Shown here: positions 12,000-24,467 of the stretch, in pieces
How the letters are laid out: every line of letters starts with the position of its first letter
Numbering within the stretch: the first letter of the stretch is position 1
Source of the DNA: Hydrurus foetidus
Lineage: Eukaryota
Direction of reading: 5' to 3'
NCBI GenBank assembly: GCA_900617105.1
Contig: UYFQ01000852.1
Location: 124,001 to 188,000, forward strand
Length of the DNA: 64,000 nt
The notes under the pieces: generated by a model
What the model was told of the DNA's origin: nothing
Seen by the model: the letters and a program-made list of their open reading frames with translations, nothing else
Database searches by the model: none
Made by a program: the position numbers and the translations under genes

Positions 12000-13143
12000 G
12001 CGCGCGCAGGAATGTCGCGCTTGGCCGCGTCCGTAAGGCAGGGGCGACGAACAGGTCTCCGCGCCAAGCGCCGCGGATCGTGCGGGCCGACGATGAGCCA
12101 GAGGATTGCAAGGCCGGCGATCAGGGCCACGCCGAAGATGTTGAAGGCTGGGATCGGCAGCAAGGTCCTTCAGGGTCGCGACCGAGAAGACGCCGATCGG
12201 GAAGGTGTAGCCCCACCAGCCGAGGTTGAAGGGGCAGGCCCCTGACGAAGGTAACGCAGAGTGATCAATGCAGCCATGGCTGCCCACCAAAAGGCCAGGC
12301 CCACAGCAAAGGCCGCCGATCAGTCCGATGCCTCCCGCCGCGTCACCGTATTGACCCAGCCCGGGCGGTGAAGATCGGCCTGACCCAGCACCAGCATCCC
12401 CAGAGCGCCGGTCCCGATCGGACCCAGCGACAGCCAGCTGGACGCCGCCATGCCGGCGTGCGGCAGTTTGTGGATCGCCATGCGCAGAACCAGGATGACG
12501 AGGATGCTTAGCGCCAGAGGCACCGACAGCGCCTAAAGAGAGTAGCTGACCACCAGCACGGATAAGGCCGCGTTCGGGTCGGTCAGGTGCGATCAGCCGC
12601 CGGTGACGGCCGCGGCCTCGACTACGGCGCAACAGCCAGACCGCCGTCATCTGGTCGATGGAATGCTCCTGGCGTGTGAACATCATGAAGGGGATGCCGA
12701 CGCCGCAGGCGACCGCCATCGCCACGTCGATCCACCACAGTGTCTCGGCGAGAGGGACGATGCCGTCGCCCCACCGCGCCAGGCCGAAGGCCATCAGGCC
12801 GCTGATGATCGTCGCCAGTCCCATCGGTGCAGCCGAAGAACATCGAGACGACCGAATGGCCGAAGAGCGGCGCGCCGTCGAAGAAGAAGATCCACCGCGC
12901 GGCGTAGAGGACGGTGAACAGGGCGAAGAGGCCGATGTTGAAAACCCACAGACCTTCGGCGACCAGCTTCACGCCAGGGATGTCGATCGGAATCTGGTTC
13001 AGGGCGATGGCCAGGATGCCTGTGCCCATGGTGGCGGCGAACCAGTTCGGGGTGAACTGGCGAACGACCTCGCTGGGCCGCTGGAGTTTGGCCAGAGGCC
13101 GCAGGCCGAAGGCGACGTCGCGAAGGTGAAGGTCATGCGCCAT
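12000..13143 (-). CDS. TDT (tellurite/dicarboxylate/sulfite, SLAC1-like) family transporter
   Basis: VRQFTPNWFAATMGTGIL...SSWLSLGPIGTGALG...FNLGWWGYTFPIGVF; about 10 hydrophobic segments. Confidence 0.9.
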
Positions 13144-13173
13144 CTGAAGTGTCCTGAACAATGCTGAATGAAA

Positions 13174-13706
13174 CTAGGGCGTTGAGGCGACAGATCACGC
13201 CCAGCACGACGGCCGTCACGACCAGAAGAGCCGACAGGGTAAGGATTTGAAGTGTGGCCTCGCGTCCCGTGATCCAGCCGGTGTAGGTCACGACGCGACC
13301 ATTCAGGAACTGGCTGAAGCTGCGTACACCATTACCCGCGTCTGGCGTATCCGACACCAGGGTGCCACCGGTCAGCAGGCCGAAATACATCGCACCGAGC
13401 AGGCTGATAAAGCCGAGTGCGAGGTCACCCCGCCCGAAAGTGATCCAGAACACCAGGACCATGCTGGCATAAAGGCCGGCGACGGCCTTGATAATGATCG
13501 GGTGGATACCGGTCTGACCGACATCAAGCTGGATGCGGTGAAGCGTCTTGCCGTCGCCGACATCGGGGATGTGGGCCGTCTCGATTCGACGGCGGTCACC
13601 ATAGTGGGCGGTAGAGGTTTTACCGGCACCCGCAGGTCACGAACGCTCGACGGGGTTGTGGCTGGACGATGCGTGCCGGTGTATCGAACGTGCAGGCGGG
13701 GGTCAT
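13174..13706 (-). CDS. Hypothetical membrane protein
   Basis: GGAG RBS before ATG; C-terminal hydrophobic helices (MVLVFWITFG...TYTGWITGREATLQIL). Confidence 0.55.
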
Positions 13707-13786
13707 GATCGGTCTCCTTTAATGGAGTGGAGGCCGACAGTCGGCGCGCTCCTCGACGCCGATATTGATCGCGAGGATCTGTTCCA

Positions 13787-13827
13787 TCCAACGCAATGAT
13801 GCGAACTATTTAAATCGATTGAGGTGA
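13787..13827 (-). promoter_or_regulatory. Putative LysR box plus -35-like element, copy 1
   Basis: Minus strand TCA-cctcaat-CGA-N7-AGTTCG-N10-TTGGA. Confidence 0.55.
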
Positions 13828-13839
13828 ATGAAATGCTGA

Positions 13840-14326
13840 TCAGCCCGTCGCGCCGTCGCCTCGTTCACAGCCAGTCCCGCAGCAGCGCCCGCAGGTGTCG
13901 CCTGGCTCGGCATGGCCCTGAGATAATCGACGATGGCGTCGATGTCGCCGACCGCGATCGGGGCCATAGGTTTCCCGCATCTTGACGACGGTAGAATGCC
14001 ATCACCAGTCAGCCGGGCTGGGTCAGCCATGCTAGCCGAATGACAGGATATGCAGTTGGCATTGACGACATCGGCCAGGCCAGCCGTCGGGGAATGACGA
14101 GGCCTCGTCCGGCAGTTCGATACTGGCCGAGGTCAGGGTGAAGCCGCTTGCCGACACGAACGACGGCGGCGGCGCGACCGGGGCCGCAGGGACCACAGGA
14201 GATACGACCATCTTCCGTCCCTGGGCTCATTGCCGCCCGCGATGGCTCCGATCAGGATCACGCTCGTAAGCCCGCCGGCCAGCAGGATCGACATCCCGGT
14301 CGACAACGGTGTTCTGACTTGCTCAT
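13840..14326 (-). CDS. SorB-like monoheme cytochrome c
   Basis: Stitched ...SIELPDEASSFPDG...VVNANCISCHSASM..QP...VVKMRETYG.PIAVGDIDAIVDYL; start overlaps the sorA stop. Confidence 0.75.
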
Positions 14327-15539
14327 CCGAAAGTCACCGTGGTGGTCTCGACACATCCACGCATGAAGCCGCCCGGATTCCAGTTCGGCGTCATCGGCTG
14401 AACGACGCCCGCAGTGCTGGTGCAGCGCGTCATTAGGAATGGCCCCTCGGCCACGGATCGGCACCACCGTCGAAGCGTCGAAAACTGTAGGGGCCCTGGT
14501 CCGGTCCCAGCTGCGCGGGTCGCCAGGTTCGCCCGCCGTCGGACGACAGGTCCACCCTCGACACTCCGGTGTCCCCGCCCATGGCGATGCCGCCGATCGG
14601 CAGGGTGGGCTGCCAGGCCACGGGTGATCGCCCGCGATGCTCGGGATCCACGACCGAGGGACCATCCGGTTGATCGGCACGGTGGGATAGTCCTTGTCGG
14701 TCGGGGAGACATTGGCCATCGGGGTGTCGAATCTTGTAGGCCTTTGCCATCCAGTACCCGTCGTCGGGTTTGTCCAGCACCTCGATATCGTTCAACATCT
14801 TGACCCAGTAGGTCGAGAACCAGCCCGGCACGATCAACCTGACGGGAAATCCATTCAGCAGAGGCAGTTGTTCGCCGTTCATGGCGAAGGCCACCATCAC
14901 CTCGCCGTCGCGCGCATGATCCAGGGCCAGCGACTTTGAGAAGTCCGCGCACCCGCCACGACGGGCTGGTCCAGCGCGCCGAAGCGGACGGCCAGGGCTC
15001 CGGTCTGACCCTGCGACATCCAGAAGGTGCCTCAGACTGACGCCCATCCACATGGCATTGCCCATCGCCCCATGCGCCCATTGCGCGCCCGGCACGCGGG
15101 GCTGGAACAGGCCGCGCGAGTTTCCGGAACACTGGTTCACCGCTGCCATCTGCACGCGCGGCATGGCCAGAAGCTCGGTCAGCGACACCGACAACGGGCG
15201 CACCACATGGCCGTGCACATTGATCCGGAAGGTCGTGGCATCGACCGAGGTCGGGATATCGGCCCAGTGCCAGCGCACGAAGAACTGGTCGTTGGTGTGA
15301 AGACGCCTGGTCGAACACCGACATCGGCGTCTCAAGCAGCGGCGGTCGGCTGCGTTGCAGGATCATCGATCCCTTGCCCGGAAAGCTGGAGGTCAGTGGG
15401 CGCGACGAGGGTCCACCTGGTAGAGCCAGGTCCACCGCCTGTTGCCCCAGGCGGGGCCGACCAGGCTGCCGCCGCACACCCCTCCAATAACGAAGCGGCG
15501 TCCAACGGCGTGAGATATGGGGTCGTTGGCTGAAGCCAT
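14323..15539 (-). CDS. sorA: Molybdopterin sulfite oxidase-family enzyme (SorA-like sulfite dehydrogenase), Tat-exported
   Basis: GRRFVIGG Tat motif; RPPLLETP, FFVRWH, VNQCSGNSR (Mo-ligand Cys), GAMGNA, LNGFPVRLIVPGWFSTYWVK. Confidence 0.85.
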
Positions 15540-15934
15540 GTCGATATCCTTAACCGTCGCACACATCAGGCGATGTTTCAGCTCTATTGGCAAGCGGGTT
15601 GTCCTGAGGATCGCAGTTCCGGGTGCCAGTCTCCTGGTGTTGATCTCCGCCCAATGCACGGCTGTCGGAGATCACGCGCCGTGCGGTTCGGATTTTCCGG
15701 CGAGCCCGAAGGGACCTGAACGGGTCCAGGTCCAGGCTTCTCCAAAAGGATCAGAGCCTCCGTCCTTCCCCATCGTTCAGAGGATTGAAACGGCGTTGCT
15801 GCATACGCGGTTTTGACCGCGCGGACCAATGCAACTCCCTCCTGAACAGCGGCGAACGGATGTCAGAAGCAGGCCGGCGCGATTGACCTGACGGCCAGAT
15901 CCGAAAGAGAACCTGGGCCGCCGCGACCATATTA

Positions 15935-16361
15935 TCAGTGGGCATGAGGCGGATTGACCTGCCAGATTTCATCAACCAGCAGACCCGCCCGATACAAGAG
16001 GACATAGCGGACCGGGATCGCTTGCTTGCCCTCGAAGGTCACATCGACGGTGACGGTCGCGCCGGCCGGGTTTCGGCGATCGTCATGGCGGCGATGTTGG
16101 CGCTGAGCGGACCCAGGCCGGCGAATCGTGACCAGACGTCGCGCAGTTCGACCGGGTCGTCATAATGCCCGTCTAGCGGTCCGCCGACCCACTGCAAGTC
16201 GGCGTCTGGTGCATAGGCCGACAGAACCGTATTGACCGACCCTGCGGCGATCGCTGCGATCCGGGTTCGGGCCAGAGCCTCGTGGGACTGGGCGAAGGCG
16301 GGAGCCCCGTCATCAGCACGGCTGACGTCAGGACGAAGGCCGAAAGAGCATGAAGTCGCAT
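15935..16361 (-). CDS. Secreted SnoaL/NTF2-like protein
   Basis: Signal peptide, then ARTRIAAIAAG...YAPDADLQWVGGPLDGHY...WSRF...VRYVLLYR...EIWQV. Confidence 0.7.
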
Positions 16362-16429
16362 CGCGATATCCTTGAAAGATCAATCCGGGCTGGATCGTTG
16401 CTCATCTTCAAGGATCGACGCCCAGAAGG

Positions 16430-16469
16430 TCCAATGCGATGTATCGAACTGATCATTCGGTTGAACCGA
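16430..16469 (-). promoter_or_regulatory. Putative LysR box plus -35-like element, copy 2
   Basis: Minus strand TCG-gttcaac-CGA-N6-AGTTCG-N10-TTGGA. Confidence 0.55.
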
Positions 16470-16508
16470 TCATCCGAGCAGATGTCCGTCTTCGTTGATG
16501 GTTTTCCG

Positions 16509-17385
16509 TCAAGCCATCGGAGACCTTGACGCAAGCAGGCTGACAAATGCGTCCCCAGCCTTTGACCGATATCGCTGTTTGTGACGCAGCAGCCAGAACG
16601 GTCGGGCCGGAAGGTCGAATGGCAGGGTCGTAAGGATACCGGCCTTCAGACGCGCGGCGACGACGTTTCGCGAGACGACGCGGCCCCAGCCCCGCCTCGA
16701 CCGCACCCGCCACCGCCTCATTGCCCGGCAGGCTCATCGCCACATCCAGATCGTTGACGCTCAGACTGTGTGCCGCCAGCGCGGCCTCGAAGGCTGAGCG
16801 CGTGCCGGAGCCGGGCTCGCGCAAGACCCAGGTCATGGCCTTCAGGTCCGGTCGGGCCGCCCGTCCTGGGCCTGCGGATGTCCTGCAGCGACGACCAGCA
16901 CCACCTGTCGTGATCCAGCACCGTGCGGCTGAGGACGGCTCGTCCACCGCCCTCGACCAGACCCGCGGCCTCGCCCTCGATCACAGCTCGGGCCACGTCT
17001 CGGGTGTTGCCGATGGTGACATCGATCTGGATGCCAGCGTGGCAGGCATGAAACGCCGCCAGACGAGACGGTAGCCACCATCCTGCGATCGTCTGGCTGG
17101 CTTGGATCGACAACCTGCCGCGCTTCAGGTCACCGAGGTCATTGAGTGCCTCCTGTGCCGCCGCCGCGCGAGGACGGCGCGGGCCTCGATCAGGAACACC
17201 TGTCCAGCCGCATTCAGCACGATGCTTCGCCCCACACGATCGAACAGCGCAACACCGTGACGTGCCTCCAGCGTGGTGACCGCAGAACTGACGGCAGACT
17301 GGGTCAGGTTCAGGGCCTCGGCAGCACGTGTGACGTGCTCACGCTCGGCGACGGCGACGAAGATGCGGAGTTGATCCAGGGTCAT
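16509..17385 (-). CDS. LysR family regulator (CysL-like)
   Basis: MTLDQLRIFVAVAEREHVTRAAEALNLTQSAVS...ASQTIAGWWLP...WVLREPGSGTR. Confidence 0.9.
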
Positions 17386-17427
17386 GGGCGCAACCTAGCC
17401 GCTCGCGCCGGAAAACAGATGGATCGT

Positions 17428-17467
17428 TCGGCGGTCGCGAACGTTCTCAGCAACAATCTCCGTTGGA
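17428..17467 (+). promoter_or_regulatory. Putative LysR box plus -35-like element, copy 3
   Basis: CGTTCG-gcggtcg-CGAACG palindrome followed 22 nt after CGA by TTGGA. Confidence 0.6.
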
Positions 17468-17513
17468 TGGTCGATTGTCCAACCGTCAGGATGGCGATGA
17501 ACCGAAAGTCCCG

Positions 17514-17904
17514 ATGATGACCTCCTCCTTGAAACTGACCGGCCTGTTGGCTGTCGCCGCCCTCTTTGGCGCAGGACTTATGGCCTTCGCCCAGACGCCA
17601 CGCTCCCCTTCGATACGGAAATGGCCGAGGCCATGTCGCGCATGCACACCGCCATGACGATCGCGCCGACCGGCGATCCTGACCGCGACTTCGCCGCCAT
17701 GATGATCCCTCACCATCAGGGCGCGGTCGACATGGCGCGGATCGAACTCGCCTACGGCAAGGACGAGCCGATGCGCCGTCTGGCCCAGGGGATCATCGTC
17801 GAACAGACCCAGGAGATCGCCTTGATGCAAGCCTTCCGACCGCTCGGCCACCCGCCCGACGTCCAACGCGCCCGCCGCACCTCATACCGGACACTGACCC
17901 ATGA
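17514..17904 (+). CDS. DUF305 (CopM-like) Met/His-rich secreted protein
   Basis: MAEAMSRMHTAM...GDPDRDFAAMMIPHHQGAVDMA...IIVEQTQEIALM. Confidence 0.85.
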
Positions 17905-19336
17905 CTTTCGTTTCGAAGACGCCCTTCGTCCTGGCGCTTGCCCTGATGGCATCCCCGGTCTTGGCCGATCAGGTTCCCGGCGCGGCGGCGGCGCCGCCAT
18001 CCCGATCAGCGGCCAGGATCGGTTCTATTCGGCCGACCAGTTCTCCAACACCGTCTCGGTGGTCGATCCTCGACCAACAGCCTTCTGGGCGTGATCTCCT
18101 CGGCGAGCCGACCCCGGCCAACCTCAGCCCGCTCTACAGGGGTCAGCTGCTGGTCCACGGCATCGGCGCGGCGCCGGACGGCAAGACGATCGCCGTGGTC
18201 TCGATCGGGTCGAACTCGGTCAGCTTCATCGACACGGCCACCAACGTCGTCAAACACACCACCTATGTCGGACGCTCTCCGCACGAGGCCTTCTTCACGC
18301 CTGACGGCAAAGAGGTCTGGGTCACGGTGCGGGGCGAGGCCTATATTTCGGTGCTGGACGCCGCGACCTATCAGGAAACCGCCCGGGTCGAGACGCCCAA
18401 CGGGCCAGGCATGACCATCTTCTCGCCGGACGGCCGTTACGCCTACATCTGCTCCAGCTTCAGCCCCGAGACAGTCGTGGTCGAGACCGCGACCCGTCAG
18501 ATCGTCGGTCGGGTGGCCCAGGCCAGTCCGTTCTGCCCAGACATCGCCGCCACGCCCGATGGGAACCAGGTCTGGATGACGCTGAAGGACGTGGGCAAGA
18601 CGATGGTGTTCGACGCCCGTCCGCCGTTCGCCGTGCTTCAGACGCTCGACACCGGCCCGCTGACCAATCACGTCAACATCGTGCGAAATCGGGATGGTCA
18701 GTTCGCCTATGTCACGGTGGGGACCGAGAACGTTGTCAAGGTTTTCCGCACCGACACCTTCGACCCCGTGACCGCGATCGCGGTGGGGTCCCTGCCGCAC
18801 GGTCTGTGGCCCTCCGGCGACGGTTCGCGGATCTACGTCGGACTGGAGAATGGCGACGGCGTGGCGGTCATCGACACCCTGGCCAATCGCGTGATCGCCA
18901 CCGTGCCGGTAGGTCAGGGACCGCAGGGCGTCACCTATGTGCCGCGTGCGGTCACCGAGGGTGACGGCAGGGCCAACCTCATGCCCCTGGGCACCGCTCG
19001 CGCCTCGCATCAACTCGTTCTGACAGGCGAGGACGACGCCCGGTCGCAGGCGACCCTGTTCGAGCAGGGCAGGTGCAGATGCTGCAGATCGCCGCCGCAG
19101 GCCTCGAACCCGGCAAGCCCTATGTCCTCGCCTTCGCCGAGACGGCGGACGGATCGGGGACGCTGCAGCCTCTGGCGAAGTTTATGACCAATCCGGCCGG
19201 GTCCGCGGTCGTCAATGCCGTGGGCCCGATCCGTCAGGTGGTCGCCGCCGACGCCGGCGCACCCCGCCGTTGGCTGGTCATCGCCTCGGGAACGCCTGAG
19301 GCGATCGGCCCGGTCGTCCAGAGACAGTCGGAATAG
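17901..19336 (+). CDS. YVTN/YncE-type beta-propeller secreted protein
   Basis: Signal peptide; repeated blades (SNSVSFID, VGRSPHEAFFTPDGKEVWV, VGSLPHGLWPSGDGSRIYV). Confidence 0.85.
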
Positions 19337-19347
19337 GACCGGCCGCC

Positions 19348-20011
19348 ATGCGTATCGACAAGTTCGTGCATAGCTGCCTGCGCCTGACGATCGGCCAGGA
19401 GCGACTGCTCTTCGATCCGGGCAAGTTCTCGTTCGTCGACGGACGGGTCGATCCCGCTGTCTTTCGGACGTCTCGACGATCGTCCTGACGCACGGCCATC
19501 CGGATCACATCGACCCTGATGCGTTGGGCAGGATCGTGCATGCGAGTGGCGCAACGCTCGTCGGCAACGGCGAGGTCGCCAACAAGCTCAGCGAGAAGGG
19601 CCTGTCGGTCACGGTCTTCGAAGAGGGTGAACGGATCTTCGGCGCGTTCCGACTGCAGGCTCAGGCGGTCGCGCATGAGCCCATCCTGTCGGACGAGAGC
19701 ACGCAACTGACCGCCTTCCTTGTCAACGACGTTTTCTCAACCCGGGCGACAGTTTCGACAGCCGTCTGGATCGATCGTCGGCGTGGAGGTGCTGGCCCTT
19801 CCGGTGATGGCCCTTTCTGACCGAGCTCACCGCCCATGCCTTCGCCAAGCGGATGAAGCCGAAATCTGTCGTGCCGGTCCATGACGGCTACGCGCGCGAC
19901 TATTTCCTCAAGCAGCGTTACGACGTCTACGAGCCCTATCTGGACAAAGTCGGGATTAAGCTGCACCGGCCGATGACGCCCGGAGACGGGTTTGAGGTCG
20001 CCGACCAATGA
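19348..20011 (+). CDS. MBL-fold metallo-hydrolase
   Basis: MRIDKFVHSCLRL...LLFDPG...IVLTHGHPDHID...PGDSF...VVPVHDGY. Confidence 0.85.
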
Positions 20012-20108
20012 CGATTGACGCAGCCTGAGTCTCCATCGGCTTCGCCTGACCACGCAGATTTATCTTGGTCAGTTGCACATGGGATGTCGCCTTCCTGGCG
20101 CGAGTTCA

Positions 20109-20136
20109 ACTTCCGCTTCTGGCGCTTGGCCGAACT
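20109..20136 (+). repeat. 28-bp 11-6-11 junction motif
   Basis: ACTTCCGCTTC-TGGCGC-TTGGCCGAACT. Confidence 0.6.
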
Positions 20137-20164
20137 TGCAAGCTCGCCAACCGCCAGTCACTCT

Positions 20165-20989
20165 TCAGAGCATGGCGAGCCGCGTCTTGCGGGTTGGAGC
20201 CGGAAAACCAGCGTCGATGGCGGCGAGATCGTCCCGCGTCAGCGCCAAGTCCAGGGCGCGGCAGTTGTCCGCGACGTGCGCCGCATCGCCAGCCTTGGGA
20301 TGGCGATGACCCGCGGATCGCGTAGGACCCAGGCTAGGGCGACCTGGTACGGCGTCGCGCCGTGGCGCCTGGCGACAGCCGATAGGGCAGGGGACGCCGG
20401 CAGCGCGCCTGGCCGATCGGGCTGTAGGCCATGACCGGTATCAGGTGTCGGTTCAGCAGCGGAAAGAGGTCGAACTCCGCGCCGCGCTCGGTCACATTGT
20501 AGAGGATCTGGTCGGTCGCGCAGGCCTGTCCGCCGGCCCGAAACAGCTGTTCCATGTCCGCGTGATCGAAGTTGCTCACCCCCATCGCCGGATCTTTCCG
20601 GCTTGGACGAGGGCGTTCATGCCCTCGATGGTTTCGGCGAGCGGCACGGAGCCGCGCCAGTGCAGCAGATAGAGGTCGAGCCGGTCTGTCTTCAGGCGTT
20701 TCAGACTGGCTTCGCACGCCTTCTCAAGGCGACCCTCCCGGCGTTCTGCGGATAGACCTTGCTGATCAGGAAGACCTGATCGCGAACCCCGGCCAAGGCT
20801 TCACCGACCAAGTCTTCAGTCGCGCCGTCGCCGTACATCTCGGCGGTGTCGATCAAGGTCATGCCGAGGTCGACGCCAGCGTGAAGGGCGGCGATCTCCT
20901 GTTCGCGTCGGCGCGGGTTCGCCCATCCGCCAGGTCCCCTGTCCGAGGGCGGAGACTTCGGCGTGGTCGGGAAGCGTCACGGTTCGCAT
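20165..20989 (-). CDS. Aldo/keto reductase
   Basis: [57 protein letters not shown]. Confidence 0.9.
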
Positions 20990-21155
20990 TTCGGTCTCCT
21001 GGCCTCGGACGTCTTTGAAGCGAACGCCCGGGACCGTGTTTCGCCTCCGGCTAATCGTGTCCGGCGTCGAGTCATCCATGACGAAGGCCCGGAATATCCC
21101 CGTCCCATGCAACCGAACGGGCTGGGCGGGACTAACAGAAGGTCAGGATTTTCGC

Positions 21156-23689
21156 ATGCGAGAGCTCAAGGCGACCGGCTTCGTCCGCATTCGTGGCGCG
21201 CGAGAGCACAATCTCAAGAACATCGATGTCGACATCCCGCGCGACGCGCTGGTCGTGTTCACCGGCGTGTCGGGGTCCGGCAAGTCGTCGCTCGCCTTCT
21301 CCACCCTCTATGCGGAAGCCCAGCGCCGCTACCTGGAATCCGTCTCGCCATACGCGCGCCGCCTGTTCCACCAGATGGAAGTCCCGGAGGTCGACCTCAT
21401 AGAGGGCTCCGCCGGCGGTTGCGCTGCAGCAGCAGCGGGCTCGCCGACCACCCGATCGTCGGTCGGCAGCGTGACGACCCTCTCCAACCTGCTGCGCATG
21501 CTCTATTCGCGCGCCGGCGACTACCCGCCGGGACGGCCGCATCTTGAGGCCGAATCCTTCGCCCAATACGCCCGAAGGCCTGTCCACGCTGTCACGGCCT
21601 GGGCCGAATCCATGAGGTGACCGAAGCGATGGTGCCCGATCCTCCAAGACCATCCGCGAGCGCGCCGTCGCCGCCTGGCCGATGGCATGGGCGGCCAGAA
21701 TCTGCGCGACATCCTGATCACACCGGCATCGATGTCGACACGCGTGGCGCGACCTCCCCAGAAGGTGCGCAACTGGATTCTGTTCACCGAGGAGCAGCCG
21801 CAGGTTCCGGTCTATCCTGGATGGAGCCATGACGAGATCCAGCGCGCGATCCGGCGCAAGATCGAGCCCGCCTATATGGGCACCTTTCGAGCGCCAAGCG
21901 ACACGTCACCCACAGCTATGCGACCACCCACAGCGCCATGATGAAGAAGCGCGCCGCGCGCTTCATGATCGCCCGGCCTTGCCCCGTGTGCGACGGCAAG
22001 AGGCTGCGCCGGGAGTCCCTGTCGGTCCGCTTCGAGGGTCTCGATATCGCCGAGATGAGCGGCCTGCCCATGGCCCGCTTCGAAGATTTTCGCGCCCTAC
22101 GCCGAGGCGAAAGCCGGCAAGCTCGGGACGTTGCGCGAGACGCATCCGGAGAAGGCCCTGGTGGTCGAGCGCATCGCCGGCGATCTCGCCGCCGGCTCTC
22201 GGTGCTGCTCGACCTCGGCCTCGGCTACCTGACGCTGGAACGCAGCACCCCGACCCTGTCGCCAGGCGAGCTGCAGCGGCTGCGGCTCGCCACCCAGGTC
22301 GTCTCCAATCTGTTCGGGGTCGTCATGTGATGGACGAGCCGTCCGCGGGCCTTCATCCCGCCGACACCGAGGCGTTGCTACGAGCGCTCGACGGCCTGAA
22401 GGCGGTGGGCAATCTGCTCTTCGTCGTCGAGCACGAGATGGATGTCGTTCGCCGCGCCGACTGGATCGTCGATGTCGGCCAGCCGCAGGCGAGCATGGCG
22501 GCGAGATCCTCTACAGCGGCCCGATCGAGGGCCTGCGCAAGGTCGCCGCGTCGGAGACCCGGCGCCATCTGTTCGACGAAGACGCCGGGATGCCGAGCCG
22601 ACAGCGCGAGCCCGCCGGCTGGCTGCGGCTCGAGGGGGTCTCGCGCAATAATCTGAAGCAGGTCGACTGCGAGATCCCGCTCGGCGTGATGACCACGGTC
22701 ACCGGCATCTCCGGCTCGGGGAAGTCCAGCCTGGTCAGCCAGGCGCTGGTCGAGCTGGTCGCCGGCGCCTCGGCGCCCCCTGCAGCCGAATCCGGGCGGA
22801 CGCCGAAGCCGCGCTCGAGGAAGGCCCCGCCGACGCGACCGAGGGCCGGATCCTCGGCGGTCTCGAAGGGATCAGGCGGCTGATCGAGGTCGATCAGAAG
22901 CCGATCGGCCGCACCCCGCGCCCAACCTCGCCACCTACACCGGTCTGTTCGACCATGTCCGCGCCCTGTTCGCGGCCACCCCGGAAGCAAGGAAGCGCCG
23001 CTACGACGCCGGCCGCTTCGTTCAATGTCGCTAAGGGCCGCTGTCCGCGCTGCGAGGGGAAGGCTTCGTCATGGTCGAACTGCTCTTCCTCCCAAGCGTC
23101 TACGCCCCTGCCCCACGTGTCACGGCACGCGCTACAATCCGAAGACGCTCGAGATCCTCTATCGCGGCAAGACCATCGCCGAGGTGTTCGCGCTCACCGT
23201 CGAGGACGCCTGGGATTTCTTCGGCGACGCGCCCCATGTCTGCCGGTCGCTCAAGGTGCTTCGCGAGGTCGGGCTCAACTATCTCCGCTCGGCCAGCCCG
23301 CCACCGAGTTTCGGGCGGCGAGGCGCAGAGGGTGAAGCTGGCCACCGAGTTGAGCAGCGAGCACAGCGCGGCGGCGCGCTCTATGTGCTCGACGAACCGA
23401 CCACCGGCCTTCACCCCACCGATGTCGAGCGCCTGCTGGCCAGCTCAACGTCCTGGTCGACGCTGGCAACAGCGTCATCCTGGTCGATCACGACATGAAG
23501 GTGGCGGCGGCGAGCGACTGGGTGATCGATATCGGCCCCGGCCGGCGACGAGGGCGGGCGGATCGTCGCGAGCGGCCCGCCGGCTGTCGTGGCTGCGTCC
23601 GCGGAGAGCCGAACGGCATTGTATCTCGATCGTGCTCTACGGGAGGGCCAGCCGCAAAGGGCTTTCACATGGAACGGGATCCTCACTGA
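21156..23689 (+). CDS. Class II UvrA-like ABC ATPase (UvrA2/DrrC-type)
   Basis: [41 protein letters not shown]; second module [31 protein letters not shown]; CxxC zinc motifs; about 840 aa. Confidence 0.9.
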
Positions 23690-24369
23690 TGACGCCACGC
23701 CCTCATGCGAAGACCCATGGCGCGGAGCGCGGCCTTACGCGCTTCGAAGGGTTCAGCGATGCGGTCTTCGCGATCACCCTGACCCTGCTGATCGTCGAGA
23801 TCAAGGTGCCGGGGTCGCCCCAGGGGCCGCAGGGCTACACCGATCTGGTCCATGCCATGGCGGAGCAGGCGCGAGCATCTGGCGCTCGTGCTCTGCTATA
23901 TCGTCATCGGCCTACTGGCTGCAGCACCATTAGTCGGGGCGGATCTACGCCCGGAGCGATCACTGGTTCGGCGCGATCAACCTTCTGTTCCTGCTGGCGA
24001 TCGTCGTCGTCCCGTACCCGATCCGCATCTGGGTCTTCCATCTCGGAACAGCGTTCGAGCCCGTCGCGTCAGTGGTATTCACAACTGGCGTCGCCCTTAT
24101 CGCCTGCGCCTGGATGGCCAAATGGTTCTACGGCGTGGTGGGCCGACGGACGATGGACGAGCGGCTCGCGGCGGATTTCATCCAGCAGATGACGCGTCGC
24201 TACGGGCTTGCCGCAAGCACCCAGATCGTCGCGGTTCCGATTTCAGCCTTCGCCGCGGATCGGCGTGGCCGTCACCCTCCTCGCGGTCGCCTTCTTCTTC
24301 CTGCCCCAGCCGAGGCCTCGTTACCATCCGGGCGAGGAGCCGAGCCTGAGAGACGTGTCGGACGGGTAG
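23689..24369 (+). CDS. TMEM175 family potassium channel (DUF1211)
   Basis: RFEGFSDAVFAITLTLLIVEIKVP signature; YWLQHH; start overlaps the uvrA-like stop. Confidence 0.85.
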
Positions 24370-24467
24370 TCGTCCCCACTGTGCGACGCAGACGCTGTGT
24401 AGTTCAGGCGCAGCCAATACTGCGGTGGAGCGTTTGCATGTCGCCCTGGACTCGAAAGGAGACCGTG

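Noticed and set aside
15545..15930. Riboswitch (e.g. Moco) in the long sorA leader
   Set aside because: Hairpins are present (e.g. TGATCTCCG/CGGAGATCA at 15641-15674) but I cannot match a known consensus by eye; an Rfam scan is needed.
21156..23689. Housekeeping uvrA
   Set aside because: It is shorter than canonical UvrA and lies in an accessory context, so it is reported as a class II paralog without the gene symbol.
23931..23933. In-frame TAG in TMEM175 (and another in the TDT gene at 12533-12535) suggesting stop-codon recoding
   Set aside because: The expected residues differ (likely Tyr versus Trp), TAG is used as a normal stop elsewhere (rpmH, engB), and the sequence is error-rich.
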